In this document: positions 48,563 to 57,198 of the stretch, piece by piece
Layout: every line of letters starts with the position of its first letter
How positions within the stretch are numbered: position 1 is the first letter of the stretch
DNA from: Parasitella parasitica NRRL 2501
Taxonomy: Eukaryota; Fungi; Mucoromycota
NCBI GenBank assembly: GCA_025201805.1
Contig: MU619302.1
Coordinates: 66,770-123,967, forward strand
DNA: 57,198 nucleotides
Reading direction: 5' to 3'
The notes under the pieces: model-generated
Told to the model about the DNA's origin: nothing
The model's input: only the letters and a program-made list of their open reading frames with translations
The model's database searches: none
Made by a program: the position numbers and the translations under genes

Positions 48563-50810
48563 ATGCCTCGTGTGGAAAGAAAAGGTCGTGCTAACAAAAA
48601 GAGAGGAAAGAAGGGAGGAAAGAAGGAAGATCCTGAGCAAAATACCCCAGCAGTGAACACTGCACCTGCAGAGTCGATGGATGTCGATTCCACCTCTGCT
48701 GCTACTCAGGAAGGTCCAGGAGGAGTCGTCTTTAACGATCAGCATTTCCAGGCTGCTCACTTTGGTGAGGTTGACGAGGAGCTGCTTGGTTATTTCAAGA
48801 ATGTAGAACAAACGCTAGATGATCCTCATTTCGAAACTGGTGAAGGTATTCATTGGGATCAAAACCAAATTACTGTAATGCAAGGTTTTGTAACACTGTA
48901 TTTTTTTTTTTTTTTTTTGACAGATCAAAGGCTATTTGTCGAGAATGTGTACACCGAAGTGGATGGCAACGAATTCCGTCTTTCAACAAACTACTCTTGC
49001 TCTTTGATTCTGGAGAAACTGCTCAAAGTGTCAGATTCATTCCAGCTGCGTGTGTTTATGGACAAGTTGAGTGGAAAAACTGTTGAACTTTTTGCGCATC
49101 GGTTTGCGTCTCATGTCTGCCAAACTCTCCTGACTTTGGCGGCTGATGTTGTTGAGCGTGAGCAATTAGAAGGCGTCTCTGCCAATGACACTTCTGTCAA
49201 GGAGGGCGAAGGTGAGCTTTTGTCGATGGAGAATCTCATTCTGGGCGTATGTGAGGATATCAAGCCTCATGTTGGTGGTCTTATCTCTCAGCAGTTTGCC
49301 TCTCATGATATCCGTATTTTACTCTTTATTTTGGCTGGCAGACGTATTGACGAATCTGGCGATATCAAGGGTCAATTGAGAAGTAAGAAATCTACACTGT
49401 ACAAAAAGGAAAACAATGATACATTCACAAAGGTAAGCTTTTACGGCACCCCCGTCTCGTCCTGTATAACTTGTGCTAATTTGCGATTGGGGGGGTTTTT
49501 TTTTCAGTCCAGTGTCCGCTTAACACCCACCAGGAAGGTGCCTGATTCTTTCAAGGCCATGTTTAGAACTCTCACTACTGAGCTGGCTATCAACATGTCT
49601 GAAACCGAAGTGCGTACATTGTCTGTGCACAAAGTGGCAAATCCCGTTCTGCAGGTAAAGAAGCTTTTTTTTTGTTTTTTGTTTTGTTTATAGCCAGATT
49701 TTATTGTGATTGACAGCTATACCTTTTTAGCTTTTACTAGAGATGCAGGAAAACGATAAAGAAGGACAAAAGGCCAAGAACATCCTTATCGATCGCATAC
49801 TATGGGGCATTGTCACTGACATTGATTCGACAGAAGAAAATAGAGATCGAGATTCTTGGTTTGAAACAATGGTGCGTGACCCTGTCGGCTCTCATCTGCT
49901 GGAAGTGATTGTCAAATGCGCACCCGATGCCATTTATAGAAAGATTTTCAAGGCGTATTTAAAGGGAAAACTCGAAAAGTTCAGCATGCACCCTATCGCT
50001 AATTTTGTCATTCAAAACTTGATCACATCTGTCAGGAAATCGAAGCAGCTCGACCAAATTATGGAAGAACTCGGCAAATCATTCGAAAAGCTGTTGAAAT
50101 TCGGCAAATACGGTGTGATTCGTAGTTTGGTGGATGCGTCAGTTAGAATGGAGTCATCACAAAAAGCTGTGGTGGATGCTATTGCGGCTGCGCTGCACAT
50201 GACTGAAGACTCGCAGCGCAAAGAGTTTGTCAACTGCTGTATGCGCATGTGGACTTTTGAACAGTGGAATGAGGCATCTGAGGATGAAAAGCTCGATTTA
50301 TACAAATTCCATCTGCAGGGATCTTTGATTGTTCAAGGTATCATGAAGATGGAGGCTGACGTCAATGCCATCGTGACCAACAGCTTTTTGTCGCAGAGAC
50401 CTGATACTGTGTATCGATGGTGTTTCTCTCCTGCTGGCTCCCGGGCGTTTGAATCGGTTGTCGCCTCACCCAATGTCAACATTAAAATGAAAAAGAAGAT
50501 TATGCGTGATTTATCCGGCAAATACACAGCGCTCGCAAAAGATAAGTTTGGCAGCCATATCCTCGATAAATGTTGGGCTGCTGCAGACATCGATTCCAAA
50601 GAAAAGATTGCTGCCGAACTAGTGAAGCACGAACATGAATTGGCTAGCCATTACATTGGCAAAAGTATTCTTTGGACCTGTAAGATTGACCAGTACAAGA
50701 GAAGACATGATGACTGGGTTGAAAGAGAGAAGGGAGCTGAGCGTAAGCGTGAAATGTTTAGAGATATTCTTGATGATACACCTGTCGACAAGAAACGTAA
50801 ATTTGCATAA
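48563..50810 (+). CDS. NOP9: Nucleolar Pumilio-repeat protein Nop9, 4 exons
   Basis: Basic N-terminus, FGEVDEELLGYF, HRFASHVCQTL, DPVGSHLLE, HPIANFVIQ and DKFGSHILDKCW. Introns 48846-48923, 49433-49507 and ~49654-49730. Confidence 0.92.
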
Positions 50811-51280
50811 TTTTTTTTTTTTTCAATAATAAACTATACACTATATACTGCACAAAAGTAGGGCAATTTCTTTGTGTTTACTACAAAAATCTGACACGAA
50901 ACACATATTTCCTGTAACAAAATCTTAAAGATTGCAAATTGTCTCAAGGGTGTCAATATATATCCAATATACCTAGATAATGTGGATATAGGTACACAGA
51001 TAGTGTGTATGGCCAAAGGAATTTAACTCGACAACATTTCCTACGTTTGTAGTTTGCCCAGATCAAGCAATGAAAATATGATAAACTTCACATGTCGAGA
51101 CACTGAATCAATTGCCAGGGGGCATTCACGTGTAGTTTACCAATTTTCGAGCAGCACAGACAGGCTAATATATAAAGCATTTTCACATGCAAATCACTTT
51201 ATATCATATAAATACCCTGCCAAAGATTTCGAAAAGTTTTGCTTCTGCTCACTCATTTACACATCTCAAGAACGTCAGAA

Positions 51281-52248
51281 ATGCCTGCCTGGACTATTAC
51301 CGTAAGCCTCGTTTTGATGGACGGAACCGTGTAGACTTATAAGCCTGCTTAATACAACAGCTTTCTGAAACTCCCTGTGCAACTTTTGTCATTGTCCAAA
51401 ACATATCTGCTCAATCGTCAGAAAAAACTGTAAAAGAGTTCTTTTTATTCTGCGGTAAGATCAGCCAATTCGAATTGACCATGTAAGTATACATCCATAG
51501 GCAGGAAATGGGAGGGGGGCACTGTTTAATAAGCGGACTGTACAGGGACGACGATGAGATCCATCAAGTCGCTTTGATTCAATTTGAACGTGAATCTGCT
51601 GCCAAGACAGCCACCCTTTTAAGTAATGGTGAGGGATAATACCGCCCGCTCTGAATGATGGCAGAAAATGTTGACTGTCATGCTTTTTTGTTTGTAGCTT
51701 TGATCGACGATTGCCATATTGTTGCCACACCTTACTGTGAAGTCGCCACTACTGCTAGCACACCTTTGATAGCGACGCCCCTTGAGGACAGGGAAACTGC
51801 TGAGAATGAGGTCAGCACTGCTGCTCAAGAATCCAAGGCAAAATCACGCATTGTTGCAGAGATGCTGGCTAATGGATACATGCTCCAAGACCAGGTTGTT
51901 GCCAAAGGCCTTGAATACGATTCAAAGTACAGTCTTTCCAGTCGCTTAACAAGCTATTTTAGCACTCTCACTTCAAATGTAAAGCAGATTGATGAAAAAT
52001 ATAGAATTTGGGATAAGGCTGTTGAGATTGACAGCAAATTCAGGATCCAAGAAAAGGTACAAAATGCTGCACAGACAGCTCAAACTACGGCTACTGCTGC
52101 CTTGCAATCTCCTACTGGCCAAAAGGTCGAGCGCATTGCTAGTCAAACCTTTGCTCAAATTGCTGCTGTTCATTACGAAGCCAAAAAAATCCAAAAGGAG
52201 AAGGCCGCCACCCTTACTGATCCAACTGAACCTGTCGCTGTCGCTTAA
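51281..52248 (+). CDS. vip1: RRM protein, Vip1-like, 4 exons
   Basis: VQNIS...VKEFFLFCGKI, FERESAAKTATLLSNALI, QESKAKSRIVAEMLANGYML and AAVHYEAKK. Confidence 0.82.
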
Positions 52249-52517
52249 AATATAAAAATACATCATTCAAATAAACCAAAAGAGCTTTATACCATCACCA
52301 TTCTATCAAAGCACATTGTGCATACTTTGTGTGGTTATAATGCAATGTATATAAAAGAAGAAGAAAAAAAGAAAAAACATATGTAGCAGATATTCGTAAA
52401 AATGCATAAAAAGCTGGCTAACATTTGTAGCCTCAAAGCGGATGTGTATGTAGAATTTTACAGAACATGTCTGTCGAGTTGTCAAAGCGGGAATGTTTAT
52501 TGTACATATATACACAA

Positions 52518-53093
52518 TCAAGGTTTTTTCCTCAAGGAATCATAAAAATCATCTCTGTCGAATACTTTACTATCAGCAACTGTAAATGGTTCATCCAAGA
52601 CATAATTAACCATGGAGGCCAGCTCGATGGTTTCAGCAATAGGGATTCTATCTTTGCTTTGTAACTTTTGATCCTCTATCAATGTCTTGGTAGTGCAATT
52701 TTCTTCTGATTGAAGAGGTATCGTGTGAGACGACAGGAAAGGATTTTGTGTGTTTACTTGATGTTCACAAGAACCTGGTGGCGTTGATTTAGAAGGTGTT
52801 ATCATTTCTACTTTTTCGTCATAAACACATTCCGCATGTTTTGTAAGCTGTGTATTGATAGGAGGAACCGCAAACCATTCATCGGCAGCTTTGAAATTGT
52901 ACGTCTTGCATGTCTTCTTTCCAGCTGCAAACGTTGCCCAGCGTTTTCTTTTTGGCACAGGTGGTCTATGTTGCTTTGCCTTCAAACAGTATTCACGCAC
53001 AGCTGCTTGTTCATTAGCCTTAATGGTTGGGGATGTAACAGTAGTTACTGCAAATAATCGGCAAATACAATTTAAAAATTGATGTTTCTTCAT
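52518..53093 (-). CDS. Hypothetical protein, about 191 aa
   Basis: Intronless ORF from ATG 53093 preceded by a pyrimidine-rich leader. No family recognised. Confidence 0.55.
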   Translation of the reverse strand: MKKHQFLNCICRLFAVTTVTSPTIKANEQAAVREYCLKAKQHRPPVPKRKRWATFAAGKKTCKTYNFKAADEWFAVPPINTQLTKHAECVYDEKVEMITPSKSTPPGSCEHQVNTQNPFLSSHTIPLQSEENCTTKTLIEDQKLQSKDRIPIAETIELASMVNYVLDEPFTVADSKVFDRDDFYDSLRKKP

Positions 53094-53819
53094 GTTGTAA
53101 ATATTGTAAATGTTTGTAAATGTTTGTAATGAAGAAGGAATAAAAAAAAAAAAAAAGAAAAGAGACATTGCGCATTTTTATACGTTTTTTGATGCTAAAT
53201 TAATTAATCAGAAACATAATATGGGTGCCATTGTCAAGATATATTTTTTATATTTGATGATTTACATCTAATATTTGTTTGTCTTGTTGCAGGAATTGCT
53301 ATTCAAGGGGGGTTCAATGTTTACACAGATTTTCGAATCCAGTAAGAATTCACAAATCTTGGCGATATAAATATCCAAGATGGTAGATTAAATGCTTAAT
53401 TTCATTGTTCAACTGCCGTAAAAGCAATGTATTTTATGCCCCCCCAATAATGAGCTTACAAAGTTTACCCGCCCTAATTTCATTATAAACCTGCATATTT
53501 TAAAAAAAAAAAAAAAAAAAAAAGTCTCGAGACAACAACATCCATATATCCAATGTTATTTATCATAGCCATACTCAGGAATCAGTACAAACGCTTAGAT
53601 ACAATAATTGGCGCAAATTTTTATAGAGCAAACCGAGCACCAAAGGCTCTAAATTTCAGATAGTCGTCGACAAGGGCTCGCTCAAGTATACTCTACGTTG
53701 AAAAAGATTCGCTCTACATTTTACATACTGCTTTATTGCTTTTTTTCTAATTACAAAACAAGGGAAAAAAAAAAAGGGCAAATGGGGATATATATGCATA
53801 CATATGGTTGTATTATTAT

Positions 53820-55380
53820 CTATTCAAGTAAGGCACGACCGAAAGGGACCTCAGCAAAGAGGCCGGGAGCCTTACGACTGTATACAGTGGAACCACGGAC
53901 AATAGTACAGTCAACGGCGCCATAGAATGTTTCTCCAATGTAAGGAGACAGCTTGTTTTTAAAGTGGACATCGTTAACATTAACTTCGAATGTTGATTCA
54001 GGGCGCCAAATGACAAGATCGCCGTCATGACCGACGCGAATCTCGCCCTTCTTGTGGTTCAAGTTGGTTCTCTTGGCAGGCGCATAACTGAGCCAGTGAG
54101 CAATTTGTTGAAGACTGTTTGGGCAGCATTTAGTGTAAAGCTTATCATGTAACTACAAAGACACTTACGTAACACCCCGCTTGCGACCTTCACTCCAAAG
54201 AACAGGCAGACCAAATTGGACACTAGCGATACCGCCCCAGGCTTGGCCAAAATCACCGGTATCTTGTTTTTTGAGCTGTGCGGTACAGGGAGAGTGATCA
54301 CTGACAACGTAATCAATAGTGCCATCTAATAGAGCTTCCCAAAGCTTCTCACGGTTAGATGCTTCACGGATAGGAGGGCAACACTTGTAATGAGTAGCTC
54401 CATCCTCAATGGCTTCAGAGGTAAAGTTGAGATAATGGAAACAGGTTTCGACAGTGAGAGGAGCACCGGCAGCCTTAGCAGCTTTAATAGCAGGGACGGC
54501 AGAAGCGGCAGAAAGATGGACAATGTGAGTGTTTACAGATTTACCTTTCTCGTGATATTCTTGGGTGAGGCGAATAATCATGTCAATAGCGTTAGTCTCA
54601 AGAGACTGCGGACGAGAATTCAAGAAGCTGGCATATGTACGGCTGTCCAATTCTTCTTCATGCTCGTGCTTGGGCTCAGCCTTTCCACAGCCTTCCATTT
54701 CAGCATGGAACAGCAACACACGGTCAGAATTGGCCATTTTATCCATAGCCAGTCTGACCTCAGCTTCGTTGACACAAGGGAATTCATCAACACCACTTTC
54801 AATCAAGAAACACTTGAAGCCACGCACACCCTTCTCCATCAAAGCAGGCAAATCGTCCGCATTATCGGGGACAACACCACCCCAGAATCCAACGTCAACA
54901 TGGCACTGATTCTTAGCGGCATTGAGCTTGGTATCGAAATTAGCGACAGTGGTTGTAGGGGGGATGGCGTTCAAGGGCATGTCAACGACAGTAGAAATAC
55001 CGCCTGCAGCTGCTGCTTTGGTACCTGTCTCGAAACCCTCCCATTCGGTACGTCCAGGTTCATTCAAATGGACTATATAATAATACCATATTGTTTTTGG
55101 TTACTTGCCCCCCGCACTTTTGATTTCGCCAACTAAAAATGAACTTACCATGAGCATCCACCAAACCAGGCATCAACAATTGGTCATCGTTGAGCTGAAT
55201 AACCTCCAAGTTATCCTCGCCTACAACAGTGGTGCACTTGTTGTTACCAAGAGCAATTTCAACAATTTTACCTGTTGTCTGGTTGACAAGAACTTCGGCA
55301 GGAGCTTGTGTATGTTGAGAGGATAGGATAGCATTTTGTGCTTTGACGAGTAAAAAGCGCTGTTGTTCGCTGGCGGTCAT
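53820..55380 (-). CDS. DAL1: Allantoinase (amidohydrolase superfamily), 3 exons
   Basis: [60 protein letters not shown] and WGGI. Introns 55073-55148 and 54115-54168. Confidence 0.96.
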
Positions 55381-56150
55381 ATTGGATATAGCTTGCAAGT
55401 TAAATCTTTGAATTGAAGACCAAAGAAGAAGAAAAGCTAGAAAGTTGCAAGCCTAAATATTTGAATCTATTTTTTTTTTTTTTTTTTTTCGGTTCTAATT
55501 GGATGGTTGCGTTTTTAAATTGCAGATCTGATTATACCGTGCTGTATAGTTTTGATGTGAATATCTATATTGTCCCCTTTACTTCCTACCACACATTTTG
55601 TACAATACTTGAAAATATCAAATGTGCATTAAAAGTCTTAAAAGTGGGATTTCATAGGCTTGTTGTGAACTTTTGGCTGTCAATCAATCATTACTGACAC
55701 TTTCCAAATGTCGCCATATGCCACTTAATAGAGAGCATGTTGAATTTAAATCGCACAAAGGTATATCCAAGGAGTACCAAATACCTCTCTATTTCGAACT
55801 AGATCACTGATTGCACTAATGAAGGGGCCGTGGTAAAAACGTTATTGTAGCCAAATGTCTTTACTTTTTAGAACTTTTCATCTTTTAAACTTGCAGCAAC
55901 CAACTAGTTTTCCTCCCCCAAAGAGTTCCTGTTTTTACATCTATATTAAGCTAGAAGGTACACTGCATCTGGTTAATTTCCGTTTTTTATATATCAAAGC
56001 GAAATTGTATTCAGAGACTTGACAGAAATATTCTTTGCTATATAGTGCTGGTTGCTGTTTTCGAGGCCTCGGGTTAGCAGTATCATTATGAAGATATTGC
56101 ATTCTCTAATGATAATCGTATTGTAAATTCAGGTAAACCACGTTTATGTA

Positions 56151-56180
56151 NNNNNNNNNNNNNNNNNNNNNNNNNNNNNN
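56151..56180. other. Assembly gap followed by ~70-nt poly-A
   Basis: 30 N, then an A run. Confidence 1.
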
Positions 56181-56252
<72 letters not shown>

Positions 56253-57198
56253 GGCAGGTCATCCGTGCATGTATCATATGAAATAAATTATATGTATTTA
56301 CCGAATCAAGATATGTATCTACCAAATCAAGCCATGTTTTACAACTACAGGTCAATTGCATTCTCTGTAGGGTTCATATCCCATCTTCATTTTCAGGTTT
56401 GAAAAGACGACTGTGCCTGTTGAAGGCAAAGAAGTTGAGATGTCTCGTGTACTGTTCGATTTGAGACAGTGGTGCGAGGATATTGATAAGACCCGCGAGA
56501 TAGCATGGACTTGTGTCTTCAAATTTCATATATAATCTGATATTCTATTCTTGAGAGTGAAGGAATTAATGGCAATAAACAGTGCAAAGGGGGGTGTTGA
56601 GGCTCATCGTGCCAAGCTGATAGGCCATGAGATCCACAATCGAAAATACTAAACAAATTATATATCATGAAAAGATTTTCCAGAATGTACCTCTCACATC
56701 GCAAGTAAATGCTTTCAAGTAGAACCGTACAAAACATACATCCGAAAATTTCGGAATAAAGTATAGTTTGATGCCGGTTCTTCCATTGTGATGCTTTATA
56801 AGGTTTTTTTTTTTTTTTCATACGGCCATCATAAATCGAACGGCCGCATTGACATGTTCAGTTGCAGTTCAAGTTTCCGTGGCACAGAAAATGTTTTGCC
56901 CTTCAAAATGCTTAGTAAGATTCGAACAAGCAGCGGAAAAAACGAGGCTTTTACAAACTGGATTATGATGATGTTATTCATCAGAGGCTCAATTTATTAG
57001 GCTGCTATTTGCTGTAAAAGGTGATAGAGGTTGCTCAATGGCGTTGGATGATGAAATTTAGGTCTCGACATTACTAAGAATTCAACTTGCTTACATAAGC
57101 ATTGAACCTTTTCAAATCGCATTAATACTTTTGCTCTTTGGTGTCTTTTTCCTTTTCTTTTCTTTCTTTTATATATACTTTTCTTTTTTTTTTTTTTT

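Noticed and set aside
54390-55136. 248-aa antisense ORF over allantoinase, and similar shadows over RPL15, GRR1 and RhoGAP
   Set aside because: Expected shadow ORFs from codon bias of the real genes.
56181-56250. Poly-A as a retroposon tail
   Set aside because: Abuts an N gap; length unreliable and no element body or TSD visible.

Overview
Eukaryotic, AT-rich, intron-dense DNA. Short GT-AG introns and the gene and transposon content point to a Mucorales-type (Rhizopus/Mucor-like) fungus; this is inferred and the species cannot be fixed. The first ~13.5 kb is transposon-rich: a spliced PD-(D/E)XK nuclease-like gene, two decayed Tc1/IS630-type elements with intact TIRs, a CDC10-like septin gene, and a CACTA-like long-TIR element enclosing a truncated DIRS retrotransposon. 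The rest is mostly ordinary genes: C2H2 TF, coiled-coil protein, type I membrane protein, PUS4, GRR1, RPL15, LIM-RhoGAP, sulfotransferase-like protein, DUF4112, synaptojanin, EI24, NOP9, Vip1 and allantoinase. There are two assembly gaps. Best leads: (1) a four-way-junction RNA fold in RPL15 intron 2 whose 13-bp closing stem buries the 5' splice site, a candidate splicing autoregulation switch; (2) a degenerate Fanzor/TnpB nuclease remnant; (3) an 81-aa spliced gene missed by the ORF track that resembles a stand-alone arginyl-tRNA-synthetase leucine zipper; (4) a coiled coil built from 21-nt tandem repeats inside an enzyme; (5) only 18 nt between a stop codon and the PUS4 start. All family assignments come from motif recognition by eye; no searches were run.
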